This document shows positions 43,256-54,500 of a stretch of 64,000 nucleotides of DNA, piece by piece. This DNA is from an uncultured Acidobacteriota bacterium (lineage in GTDB: Bacteria; Acidobacteriota; UBA6911; RPQK01; JAPXNP01): assembly GCA_963777605.1 (NCBI GenBank), contig CAVZRV010000028.1:32001-96000 (forward strand). The letters run 5' to 3'. The notes below the pieces were generated by a model. That model did no database searches, had not been told where the DNA came from, and saw only the letters and a program-made list of their open reading frames with translations. A program made the translations under genes and the position numbers. The stretch's first letter is position 1, and each line of letters opens with the position of its first letter.

Positions 43256-46200
43256 ATGCGACAGATCTTGCGACCGAACCGTCTCTTCACCCTCTGTGCC
43301 CTGGCCATCATGTCACTCGCTGCCCTGGTTCTGATCGGGGCACGATCCCGTCCCTTTGGAGGCGGAGGGCCGGCCACCGTCCAGGCTGTGCTGGAGAGTG
43401 CCCCCTCACCAATTAGAGGAGAATACCTTCAAAAGATTCCGGAATTCCGACGACTTCTCCGGTCACCCGTTGAGATCGGGGAGATTGATCGATTGGCGAC
43501 CCCTCCCGGCTACCAGATCGCGAGCACAGGCGGGCGGATTATCTTCGCCCACATCGCTGACGGCGCCATTCAGGGTACCAACCAGTTCATGCAAACCTCG
43601 ATTACCGTCGTGAATGACTCCACCTACCCCGTCGCAGCCACGCTTCAGTTCTACGAAAATGCCGGAGGAGCACTCACGCTGACAATCGACAAAGTGTCCG
43701 CCTCGAGCTTCAGCTTTTCGCTCGTTCCCGGACAGATGAAGCGGCTGGTGACGTCCGGCACCGGGAGCGTCAAGAGCGGATGGGCTCTGCTTCGTTCCGA
43801 CCAGCCGTTGGCAGCGACCTGCAGCTTTTCCCTTCGCACGACAAGTGGCGGAATCCTGAGCGATGTCGGCGTCGAAGAATCGATCCAGAACACGGAATTC
43901 ACTCTCTTTGCCGATACTCTCGGCAATGCCGACACCGCCATGGCACTCGTCAACCCCGACGAGTCAAACACGGCCAACGTGACACTTGAACTCTACAATT
44001 CAACGGGTGTTGTCAAAGCCAGTACGGCTGTCACCCTTCAGCCCAGGGAGCACCTGGCGAAGTTCGTCACTGAACTCTTCCGCGGAACTTCCGGAATCGG
44101 TGAGTTCGAAGGTTCGCTTGTGGTTCAGAGCAACCGGCCCGTGACAGGAATCACTCTGCGGACCCTGGGCGCTCTCTTGACCTCGGTGCCCATGGTGCCG
44201 GCCCGGAATCCCAGGGATGCCGTCACAGAACTCGACTTTCCTCAAATCGCCGACGGAACCGCTGCCCCGCTCCGGATCGTCACCAGTGTCATTGTCTTCA
44301 ACAATGGAGCCGACCCGATAACGGGGACCCTGGAGTTCATCAAAGCCGACGGGAGCCCAATGGCCGTATCGATCGGCAACCAGACGGCGAGTTCGTTCGA
44401 TTTCAACCTGAATCCGCGAGGGGTGCGTCGCTTTCAGACCCAGGGAAGCGGTGCCCTCAAGACCGGGTGGGCACGGATCACCGCGGACGCCGGGGTTGCC
44501 GGTTCCGCGATCTACCAGATCCAAAATCCGGGGGCAGGCCAGGTCGTTACTGAAGTCGGCGTCAATGCGGCGCCGGGGACCAGTCCGATCAACGCGATTG
44601 CAGATTCGATTGCAGATGCGCGCACCGGTCTCGCTTTGGCAAACCGTAACCCGGATGACTCTACGGATGTAACCATCTCCCTGTACGACGGCAGCGGGGC
44701 AAAGAAGGCGGGGAAGGAGATTACCCTCGAGCCCCTGGCCCAACAGGCTCTGTTCCTGGACGAGTTCTTCAGCGAGGTCTCAGGGATTCAGGAACTGCTC
44801 GGCAGAGTGCTCATCAGTGGCGACGAAGGCACCGTGGCGCTCACCTTGCGCCAGACCGGCCTCCTGACGACTTCGGTACCCACGGTCAACCCGGTTCACG
44901 GCTTCGCCCCCGTCTCGGTTTTCGAGTTCATGCAGACCCTTACGTCGACTTCTCCCGCGGTCAGGTGGCGAATCGAACAGAGCGGGATTGACCTTGGGCT
45001 CAACCAGCTCAGCGCCTCCGCAACTGGCCTTGGGGCAAACCTGAACTTCCCGGCTGGATCTGAACTGGGGTACGGAGTCTACCTGTTGAAATATGGGTCC
45101 GTGATCTCAACGGGAGGCGTAGTCAAGCTCATTTCAACACGAACCGACTCACTGACATTCGACGTAGTGATTTCCGGAGAGAATATCGAGCCGGGTACCG
45201 TGCTGATGTCGGGAAAGATCACAGGGCAGGCGACGGGCAACCTGGTCATCGAACTCGGCCCAACGGGAGCTTCCAACGGCGACTGGAACTATGGTTTCGG
45301 CCTGGAACTGGATCTGCTGCTGCGGGATGGCCTGATCAACGCCCCCACACAAGCGGGAACCAGAACCATCGAAACAGTCTATACGTCGGCCTCGCAGAAG
45401 CTGACGGAGGATGCCGTCCGAATTGTGCGCACGACGACGCAGCCTCAGAGTTTCACGCCTGCAGCCGCGGGTTCGCCCTTCCTGACTTCTTCCCGCCCAC
45501 TCTACACGTCTCCAGGGGGGACCTTTGTGCTGCAGGGAGGGAACTTCGGTGCGGAACCGGATGTAACCTTCAAGCCCGATGGAAGCAGTGACCTGCCAGC
45601 GTTCTTCCCGACACTTGTTGATCAGGGGCTCGAGGTCTATGTTCCTACCGCCGCTCAAGCCGGAACCGTCCAGGTCTTCAATGGGCAGTCGGCTTCGAAC
45701 CAGCTGAAAACGCTGACCATCTACAGCCCGACAATGACGCTGGTCAAGGCAGCCGGATCCTCGGGCGACTCGTTTACAATTGACCTGACCTCCAGCCAAT
45801 CTCCGGTCCAGCTTGGCCTGGCAACGTTCCAGCTTTCACTTTTTGGAGCAGCATGGCCCGAGGTACAGGGCGCTGCGGGATCGGTCGTCGGATCTTTCAC
45901 AATCACGGGGGAAGCCCAGGCTGGACAGGCGGAGCAATTCGACGTCAGGCTCGAATCGAACCAGGCCGAGTCGATCAGCCTGGCCGTCCTGGAAGAGGGG
46001 GAAACGGATCCAGCTGGTCGGATCACCCTGTCCAAGGGAACGGGCACTTCGTCGGACGGAATTCTTCTGTTCTACGCTCCGCTGACCCTCAGCGACATCC
46101 CAAGAGTCAACGGATTCCCCACCTCTTTGGAGTTAGTCCTTGACGGCCTGGTTTTTGCCCCGTCAACGGCCGGATCCGAGGTCTACTGGGCTGCCGAGTC

Positions 46201-46276
46201 AATCTCGCTTCCGGCTTCGATCTTCGGGTCCGAGACCGGGATTCGCGCAGTTCAGGAGACCGCTCCGATCGAATAA
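43256..46276 (+). CDS. Large secreted beta-rich protein with two N-terminal FPQ-domain pairs and an IPT-like domain; S-layer/scaffold candidate
   Basis: Signal peptide; IFAHIADG...DTAMALVN...ELF...LLTSVP followed by DFPQIADG...RTGLALAN...EFF...LTTSVP; PGGTFVLQGGNFG. Confidence 0.8.
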   Translation: MRQILRPNRLFTLCALAIMSLAALVLIGARSRPFGGGGPATVQAVLESAPSPIRGEYLQKIPEFRRLLRSPVEIGEIDRLATPPGYQIASTGGRIIFAHIADGAIQGTNQFMQTSITVVNDSTYPVAATLQFYENAGGALTLTIDKVSASSFSFSLVPGQMKRLVTSGTGSVKSGWALLRSDQPLAATCSFSLRTTSGGILSDVGVEESIQNTEFTLFADTLGNADTAMALVNPDESNTANVTLELYNSTGVVKASTAVTLQPREHLAKFVTELFRGTSGIGEFEGSLVVQSNRPVTGITLRTLGALLTSVPMVPARNPRDAVTELDFPQIADGTAAPLRIVTSVIVFNNGADPITGTLEFIKADGSPMAVSIGNQTASSFDFNLNPRGVRRFQTQGSGALKTGWARITADAGVAGSAIYQIQNPGAGQVVTEVGVNAAPGTSPINAIADSIADARTGLALANRNPDDSTDVTISLYDGSGAKKAGKEITLEPLAQQALFLDEFFSEVSGIQELLGRVLISGDEGTVALTLRQTGLLTTSVPTVNPVHGFAPVSVFEFMQTLTSTSPAVRWRIEQSGIDLGLNQLSASATGLGANLNFPAGSELGYGVYLLKYGSVISTGGVVKLISTRTDSLTFDVVISGENIEPGTVLMSGKITGQATGNLVIELGPTGASNGDWNYGFGLELDLLLRDGLINAPTQAGTRTIETVYTSASQKLTEDAVRIVRTTTQPQSFTPAAAGSPFLTSSRPLYTSPGGTFVLQGGNFGAEPDVTFKPDGSSDLPAFFPTLVDQGLEVYVPTAAQAGTVQVFNGQSASNQLKTLTIYSPTMTLVKAAGSSGDSFTIDLTSSQSPVQLGLATFQLSLFGAAWPEVQGAAGSVVGSFTITGEAQAGQAEQFDVRLESNQAESISLAVLEEGETDPAGRITLSKGTGTSSDGILLFYAPLTLSDIPRVNGFPTSLELVLDGLVFAPSTAGSEVYWAAESISLPASIFGSETGIRAVQETAPIE

Positions 46277-46308
46277 CGTGAAAGGCACCGATCCTCAGGA
46301 GAATCAAT

Positions 46309-47148
46309 ATGAGATACAGCGGTTGGAACCCTTTGAAACTTCAGTCTGTCAGCACCCCCGTACGATACCTTGCCGGCATCGTAGCGATATTTCTTGCCGG
46401 CTGGTTCTACCTGGCCAACCTGGGTTGTTTCGGGACCTGGGAGGACCTTTCAACATTTCACATCAAGTTCACTCCGGCCTACTTCTTGATCGAACAGCCC
46501 GGGCAGTCGACATCAGTATTCACCGAACTGCTCTGGAGCAGTGCGGGGAGGAACCAAGAAGCCACTTCGTGGAGCGTCCTCCCGGGATTGCCTCCAGTCC
46601 TCGAATCCGCGAGCTGCAACCCGGATAGCGAGTCCGATTACACAAACCTTGCTCTGCAATTCAGTTCTGACGCCAGTTTGTTTGGAGCCTCCGATCTTTG
46701 GACGGCATCGGTTTCCAGTGCTTTCCAGGTTGGAGTAAAGGCAAGATTTGTCGATCCCCTCTGGAAAAGCCTCAGTGAAGGTCAAGAGGTTGTTATCGCT
46801 CGAACGGCCTATTTCCCGTTACGTTCCGGCGCCTCCCGTTTCATCGTTCGCCAGGACGGCTTCAATAGCAGGGGCAATGCCATTGTTTCAATCGAGGTCG
46901 AAAACCCGCTCGACGGATGGACTTACTTCTGCGAGGGCGAAGAAAAATCGATATCGAAAGAAGGAACCAGTTTCTGGGGCAGGATCGAGAGTCACCAACT
47001 CGACCCCACTGGACCCAATATCCAATCGACACCATTCGACAAATGGACCGCCGCCAAGGCCTGCGTGCGCCTCGTTCTGACTATGAAAAAGAACGGAGCG
47101 GTGGTCAAGACTGAAGTCCGGAACATCCCGATGCGGTTTGAAAGCTAA
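46309..47148 (+). CDS. Hypothetical exported protein, possible lipoprotein
   Basis: AGGAG RBS; hydrophobic N-region ending LANLGC; co-oriented in the operon. Confidence 0.7.
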   Translation: MRYSGWNPLKLQSVSTPVRYLAGIVAIFLAGWFYLANLGCFGTWEDLSTFHIKFTPAYFLIEQPGQSTSVFTELLWSSAGRNQEATSWSVLPGLPPVLESASCNPDSESDYTNLALQFSSDASLFGASDLWTASVSSAFQVGVKARFVDPLWKSLSEGQEVVIARTAYFPLRSGASRFIVRQDGFNSRGNAIVSIEVENPLDGWTYFCEGEEKSISKEGTSFWGRIESHQLDPTGPNIQSTPFDKWTAAKACVRLVLTMKKNGAVVKTEVRNIPMRFES

Positions 47149-47196
47149 GTTCGAGGTAACAATCACCATTACCACTCGAAACCCGGGGACGGCTGC

Positions 47197-47961
47197 GTGA
47201 GCCAACTTGTTCAGATCGCGGGGTTGGCCTCGGGCTTCCTGATAGCTCTCACCCTTTGGGTACGGAGTCGTCATCCCGTCGAACCCGCCCTGGTTCGGCT
47301 TCTCCTTGGGGCGCCCCTGATCTTTGTCGGGGGCAAGGGACTCTACCTCCTGGAACAGGGCACCTGGAGTCGGCAGGCACTGACGGACCCGGGCTACTCG
47401 GGGTTTGGAGCGCTGTTTCTGGTCTTGGCCTTTTGGATCGTCTCGTTTCGATTCCAGTCTGCTCCGCTTCTCGAGTTCCTCGATGTCGTCACGCCCGCCG
47501 CGGCAGTGGGCCTCTGTTTCGGTCGGATCGCCTGCTTTCTGCAGGGCTGTTGTGGGGGCGTGACCTGCGACTTGCCCTGGGCGATCCAGTTCCCCTCGAA
47601 CACGCCGCTGTTTGCCGGGCAGTTGGCCGAAGGCCTGGTACTCCCGTCGAGCCGCAATACGCTTCCGGTCCACCCTGTGCAACTGTACGAGGCGGCATTC
47701 ACTCTCCTGGCCGGTGCAGGGTTGCTCTGGATGTTGACCCGGAAGCAGCTGCGGCCAGGCCGGGTATTCTTCTGCGGGGCTCTCTGCTATGGGGTGTTTC
47801 GCTTCCTGGTGGAAGAACTCCGTTTTGACGGAGGTCGGCTCTTGTCACAGGGCGAAGGAAGCTGGGCTCAGTTCGCAGCGTTGGGGCTGGCCTTGTTCGG
47901 TCTCCTGGGGACCATACTGCTGACCCGAAAGCCGCACGCCAATTTCTTTCCTCGCTCGTAG
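47197..47961 (+). CDS. Prolipoprotein diacylglyceryl transferase (Lgt)-family paralog
   Basis: Multi-TM; GRIACFLQGCCGG, LPWAI, HPVQLYE, RFLVEELR. Confidence 0.85.
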   Translation: MSQLVQIAGLASGFLIALTLWVRSRHPVEPALVRLLLGAPLIFVGGKGLYLLEQGTWSRQALTDPGYSGFGALFLVLAFWIVSFRFQSAPLLEFLDVVTPAAAVGLCFGRIACFLQGCCGGVTCDLPWAIQFPSNTPLFAGQLAEGLVLPSSRNTLPVHPVQLYEAAFTLLAGAGLLWMLTRKQLRPGRVFFCGALCYGVFRFLVEELRFDGGRLLSQGEGSWAQFAALGLALFGLLGTILLTRKPHANFFPRS

Positions 47962-48325
47962 AGAACCGGTTTTGTTTCCCGGCCCCGAACGGTCTCGTCG
48001 AACAGGTCCATGGGACTGCCGACCTTGATCCCATTCAGCTACGCCTGCCACATGCCGTAGTCCGGAGCCCGGTACGGCCAGCAGCATCTGGTTGACGATC
48101 TCGATACGGATCGACTTCTGAAACGGCATCGCGCCGAGGGAGTTGTACGAATCGGCATCCTCCACGATGGCCCAAAAGCTGACCACTCAAGGTCCGTGGG
48201 CTGGTGGCCACCTGTCCGGGCAGCAAGCGGCGCCGCGTCCCAATTGTAAAGCACCCCGAAGACGGAGTAATTCACGGTCCCTTTTGCTTCCTCGGGATCA
48301 TCCCCCTCATAGCCGCAGACGTATT

Positions 48326-48435
48326 AGTCTGTCCCTTTTTTGCCAAGAAGAATTGAGGATGAGCCTGTCCCTTTTTGCTTGTTCGAAAACGAGCCTGTCC
48401 CTTGTTCGAGCTTTCGAGGACGAGTCTGTCCCTTT
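48326..48435 (+). repeat. Four direct AGYCTGTCCCTT copies with unique intervening sequence
   Basis: Copies start at 48326, 48362, 48392 and 48423 (periods 36, 30, 31). Confidence 0.88.
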
Positions 48436-48517
48436 TTGGGAAGAGGGGGGCGATGGCTCGACCGGGATGCGTGCCGCTACGGGTGCTTCTCTGTGGCGGA
48501 GTCGGGGGCCGGGAGAG

Positions 48518-51500
48518 TCACTCGGACTGTTCCATCAACGACTTTGCAAGTTGGACGGCGTCGGCCATGTCGATCTTCCCGTCTCCATTCACATCTGCTC
48601 GTTCAGCAGGTGAAGGTTCGGGGCCGACACCCTGGAGGAAGCGCAGGATTGATACCAGGTCGCGCACGTCGAGTTGGTCGTCCCGGTTGAGGTCGCCGGG
48701 AACGATCGGCCGCGGAGTCGAATCAGCCAGCAGCGGGTCCGAACCCTTGTCGACCTCTTCGCCGTCGCCATAGCCGTCACCGTCGGAATCGGATGCCGAC
48801 GGGTTGCTCCCGATCAGCGATTCCGTCAGGTTGTCCAACCCGTCGCCGTCGTTGTCCTGATCGCTGTCGGCACGGTCCGGATCGAGGTCCGAGTGCCTCC
48901 TCGTATCCGTCAGGCAGAAGGTCCCCGTCCCGGTCGGCGTCGAGCAGAACGGGCAACACCACTTCGGAGAAACCGGGGATGTAGACCGACCCGTCGGACG
49001 ACCGAAGCTGGACCTGCAGAACGAGCTGTCCCAGCGTCTCGGGGCCGTTGAAGTTCACCGTCCACTCGAGGATGTTCGTCGCTCCGGCTGCCAGCGTTGG
49101 CAGGTCGCGGATCTGGTTCGAGTACACCACATCCGGGCCCAGTCCCGGAACGACGAGCTGAGCCGACAGCCCTCCGGCAGGAATGTTACTGAGATTTGAA
49201 ATGGATGCCCGGAGAGTGATTGCTGCCGGCACCCGGTTCAGAGTCGAGGTCGGTTGCCCCTCGGACAGCACGTCAACCGACTTGATCAGAACCGTAGCGG
49301 AAAGCTTCCCCTGTCCGTCCAGGTCAGTTCGAAACGCCTCCAGTTGGCTGACGTAAGCCGTGATCCCGGCTTCAAGTTCCTGGAGGCTGGCCAGGACGGA
49401 ATCCCGACGCACGGAATAGTCCGCTTCAGAGAGGATCCCGGCATTAAACACGAACCCCGTCAGACCCATGATCTTCCCGGCCACCGTCACCCGCAGGCTC
49501 AAGGAGGAATCGAAGAGCCCGGCATAACGGTCATTGAAACCCGGATCGTTGATCAGTTCACCGAGGCCGCTCAAAAGGGGCGCCTCCGCGACGCGAAGCT
49601 GAGCCTCGAACTGACCGGCCAACGGAAACAGGTCACCGGAGAGGTGATCGACCAGATCGTCAAACCGGTCCTGACGAATCAGGGAAGCGGCGGTGTCGAT
49701 GCTCTGGGCTAATTCCGCCTCAACCTGCGCGGTCTGCCGGGAAACACTCTCATGGACCCGAGCCGGAGGCCGTAACCCGGCTCTACTGGAAGTCGACTGG
49801 TGAACCTCCTTCTGGAAACTGGCCCAGTTGAAATGCCCGGGGAGAATTGCCTCCCACTCCCGCATGAGACCGACGTAGCGGCCCAAGAGGTCAAAGAACC
49901 GAACTCCCTTTCCAGCCTTCTCAAGAAGCGCAAGTACAGCGGCAAATTCCGAGAACGCGGCCCCCGCAATAAAAAGCACCGCCGCCGCTCCGGAGCAGCA
50001 ACCGCAGAAGCTGCGGCCAGAGAGGTGCCGATGAACTCCGACTTCACCTTTACCTTCTCGGTTGACGCTGAGGGCCGAGGACAGGAAATCTCTCCACCGA
50101 TGCGAGCTTCTGCTGGGTGAGGCGGCCGGAGAGTTGGATTGCCGAGAGGACGGTATTCGCTTCTTCCGGGAGACGGTCGCCGTTGGGACTGAAGATCGCG
50201 GCCGTTTCCACGGCCTTCCGCAATGATCCCTGGGTCTGCCAGGCAAAGTGGGCAGCCAACATCAGGCGAAACAGGTCGAGTCTCTCGGCACCTGCCTTGA
50301 CAAAGTTCGCCGGGTACTGATCCATGGCGCCGAGAACAAACAGCGTATTGAGAAACTCGTAGCGTGGCCGGATCCCCGGCACCTGCCAGAAGGTTCTTCT
50401 CCGACCATCCTCCTCAACTCGTTGGTATACTTGCCACTAGAATTCTCCGCGGCGGCCACGAGATCCGTGGCTGCATCACGACGGACCGACGATCCACGAA
50501 TCGGAATATCTGCCGCTGATCTTGTTGAACTGGCCTTTGAGCCCCTTGGCCAGCTTCTCGTTGAGTTTCCCCAGATTCACCAGATCGGCCAAGCAGGTCG
50601 ACGATGACCGCCTCGAGTTGATCGCTCATCTAGTCGGCATCGGCGGCGATGCTTCGGGCAGCACCGATCGCCAGCCAGAGCCGGTAGAGCCGCTCGTCAG
50701 TCGGTGTCGGTTCAACGGGGAAGGACTGCGCTAGGGCGATCGCGGCGGCGACTTCGTCGGCGTAGGGGCTCGTCCCAAGCTTGTCGATGAAAGGAAAGTT
50801 GAAACCTGCCACTCGGTCCACGTCGTAGACCCCGAGATCGCGCAAGGGTCCGGCAAGGTTGATCACGGCCTGCCGACGGTTGACGACTCCCATCTCGATC
50901 TTGGGAAGTTCCGCGTCGTCTTCAGAGACCGCTGCGGCCAGGCCGGCCGGTTCGCGCACCCCTTCGGCATCGGCCGGGGGTTCAGCATCGAAGGTATAAA
51001 CGCCGGGAGAGAGCGGAAGTTCGTAGATCCCGAAACTGTTAGACAAGTCGGTCGCAGTCTGTCCCTCGGCGCTCTCGGCGGTCACACGGACCAACTCGAG
51101 CGGGATCTCGGGACTGGACCCGAGAATCACGACCTTGCCCTTCCGAGAGACGCTGTACTGCTTCTGGTCGTCGGCCAGCAGGACCTCGCCCCCCGAACCG
51201 GTGTCGAAAAGGGAAGCGACGACCCGGATTCCGGTGACCGCCTCGGGGATGATGACACGGGTAACGGGATCGACCGTTCCGGACCCGCGGTTGACCGGCC
51301 ACTCGTAGTTGGACAGCTCGGGAATCGGGGGCAGGATCGCACCCGACTGGTCCTTCACGTCCACCCGAATCAGCCCGTGGTTAGTATCTCGGACCAGGTT
51401 GTACGCGACGTCCAGGTCGAACGCGATCTCCTCCCCCTTGGTCAGGGAGAGACCGGTCGGGGATCGATCGAGTCGATGCGAATCCGCTCGATCTGGTACT

Positions 51501-54500
51501 CGACTGACGGATCGGTCAGCGTTTCACCGCCGGAGCCCGACACGAGCAGGGCATCTACCGAGAGGAGATTGGTGTCGTTCGGGACGTCGAAGCTCACTTC
51601 GAAATCGACCGTCCCCAATCCCTCGCTCACGAATTCGAACGGCGGATCGACCAGAAGCTGCCCGTCCCCATGACGGATCTGAAGTTCGACCCGGCCCTGC
51701 GAGCCACCCGTCATCCGGTATCGGACCGTCGCATTGACCGTGACAGACTCGCCTCCCGTGAGCGGCGACTCGGGGTCGGGCGTCAAATCCAGAAACTCGA
51801 CGCTGTCCTCCCGCAGGTAGTGAAGCGGAAGCGAGATGGCGGTGATGTCGGCTGCACTGTCGGGCAGAAGCATGGCTACAACCGAAACGCTGCTGATCTC
51901 TTCCGTGACGCTCTGGGCCACAAGCGAGGCAAACTGGGCGACGGTTGCGGCGGATGTGACCGGCTGGGAAGCCTCCCCCAGCACCAGGTCGATATTGTTG
52001 TCCCTGAACACTCGAACGAAGAGAGTCCCAGAATCGTCGCTGGTCAACTCGTAACGGACGGAGAGGTTCGAGAAAGTGACAGTCCCGTCGGCCCCAACCA
52101 CTGGAAATCCGGAGGAAGCGTCGGGCGAGATCGAAAGGAACTCAACGGTGTCCTGAGGCTGGGCCACACAATTCGAGAACTCGGAGGTATTGTTATCCGG
52201 GTCGGTGGCTGTGGCAGTGAGGAAGTCACCGGCGTATGGAGAATCGAATTCCACATGTCCAGTAGCATCGGTAGTAACCGTCAGAGAACCCAGAAAATCC
52301 TGCCCCTCGCCATAGCCGGAAGGGTCACACGCGGCGTTTGAAAAGAACTGGATCCGGAACTGCGTATCGGGGCGGCTGTCGAGCGTCCCCCGGACGCCGC
52401 CAGGGCTGAAAGTCAGGACCGGGAAGTTCTGGCCTCAGGTTCCCATCCTGATCGTCCCAGTCATCATTTCGCGCGACCCCAGGCACGCCGGTATCTATCC
52501 CTAACCCCCCGTTCGCGAAGATGCTGTTGGTGAGGACGCCATTGCCTTCAGTGTCGCTGCCAAAGATCGAAACACCGGCCTTCCCGTTGAAACCGACAAT
52601 GTTCCCTTTGGCGGAATCCTCACCTCCCACCAAGGAATTCAAGCCAGTTAGCGCGACTCCCTCGAATAAGTTGCCAAGTGCGGTTCCGTCCAACCCGACG
52701 CCGATTCGATTGGACTGGATCGTGTTCCCACCGCCACTGAGACTTGTCGCGAGGATTCCCCTCTCAAGGTTCGAGGCAATCACGTTGCCGGCGCCTGGTG
52801 CCCCGATCACAACGTTGGTAGTCCCAGTTCCAATCCGAATCCCATCACGGCCATTTCCCCAAGCGAGGCTGCCTGTCAGATCTGTCCCGATATGGTTGCC
52901 CAGGATGAAGCTTCCAGGGCTTCCCGAGAGGTTGATACCGTCATAGGCCGCTGCCGCAACTATGTTCCCGAGGCCTTCACCCTCCCCGCCGATCGTACCC
53001 GGGGACCCGCTCAGCTCAATGCCATAGCTCCCGTTCCCAAGGGCGGCCGTCCCTAACGCGTCGGTCCCGACGAAGTTTCGTTGAATCAGCACTACGGAGG
53101 AGTCGATGACTTTGACCCCAGTTCCCTTAGTGGCGGAAACAACATTTCCCGAGCCAGGGGCCGCTCCCCCAATGGTGACTCCGTTGCTGTTTCTGATGTA
53201 GAGGCCGAGGTTCCATCCTAAAGGGGTATCTCCAGCATCGTCCGTTCCAACGAAGTTGTTTCGGATAGCAAGGTCTGAGGCCGAGTCTATCGAGATGGCA
53301 GTGCCGCGAAGCGTGTTGGCAAACACGTTTCGGCTTCCATATCCGAGTCCACCGATTGTGACTCCTGAAGCGGCCGCCACTTCGGAGCCGGACGGAAAAA
53401 TCCTGATCCCCTGATAGAGACCTCCCAGTACTTCGCTGCCGGTGGGATCCAGCCCGAACCAGTTGCCGAGAAACTCGATGTCCCCCGAGGTTTCTTTCCA
53501 GACAACAATACCGTCGCCGTTGCCTACAATCAGATTTCGGGCCGGCTCAACGGTTCCACCGATCACCACCTCGCGCACGTCATCGAGGCGCATGTCGGCG
53601 TCATCCACCTGGGTTGCGGTGGCGTCAGTGCCGACGTAATTGCCTTCGAACAATACGTCCGTGGTCTCCTTGACGATGACACCGGACCCTTCCCAAAGCG
53701 CCAGGCCGCGGACCACTGTGCCTCCAGAGTAAACCGCGATGTACGTCTGCATGTCGACGATGCCGCCGGAAGTCGTTCCGTCAATAACCGCACCTTCGCT
53801 CAAATTCGGGATCGGTCCTCCAGGAAGAACCTGCGTCACGGAGAAGTGGATGGCATCGAGTCCGGGGCTGGCATTCGACTCGTCAATCGCCGCCCAGAAG
53901 GTGCACTGATCGCCCGGGTCACTCGAGGAATCGCACCTGCCGTCTCCCTTCTTGTTGTCCCGCTCGTCGCTGGACCGATTGACCGTAAAGGTCCAGAACC
54001 GGGGTTGTTTCCGCAAAGCTCAGCCCCACGGGACCCCGTGAGAGGAGAACCCAGTCATCGAGGCTGTCCGGAGTCAAACGCATGGGGACCATCGCCACGG
54101 CAGCCTCGCTCAGAGAGAATGATGTGGACGCGAACTCTGGTGGAGAGGTTTCGCTCGAGGCCCGGGCTTGGATACCGCCCGCGCCCATGAAAACCTGGAC
54201 CTGGCCCAAGTCCGGCCCCATGAGGACCAACTCGTTTCGGGGCGAAGTCGAGAGGTTTCCCGCAGACAGTCGAAGATGACCCGGCTCACCTCGACTAGCC
54301 GCAAGAACGGCGGTCCCGGCAGGCAACTGAAGCAAAGGCTTCTCCCAAAACTCTCCAGATTTCCGATCGAAAGCCAACTGGCGAATCTCGCCCCGGGCGG
54401 TAAGTACCGCCAACTCCTTGCGGAAGTCCCCCGTGAAGTCTCCAACCGCCAGATCGATGGCCTCGGTCGGCATCGGAACGCTAATGAGGGTCGGCGACCC

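Noticed and set aside
47990-48290. Small minus-strand gene (MNYSVFGVLYNWD.../VVSFWAIVEDADSY...)
   Set aside because: Broken over several frames with no recognisable family; at most a fragment.
48326-48435. CRISPR array
   Set aside because: The repeat is only about 12 nt, spacers are about 18-24 nt and partly self-derived, and no cas genes are present. It belongs to the dispersed motif family.
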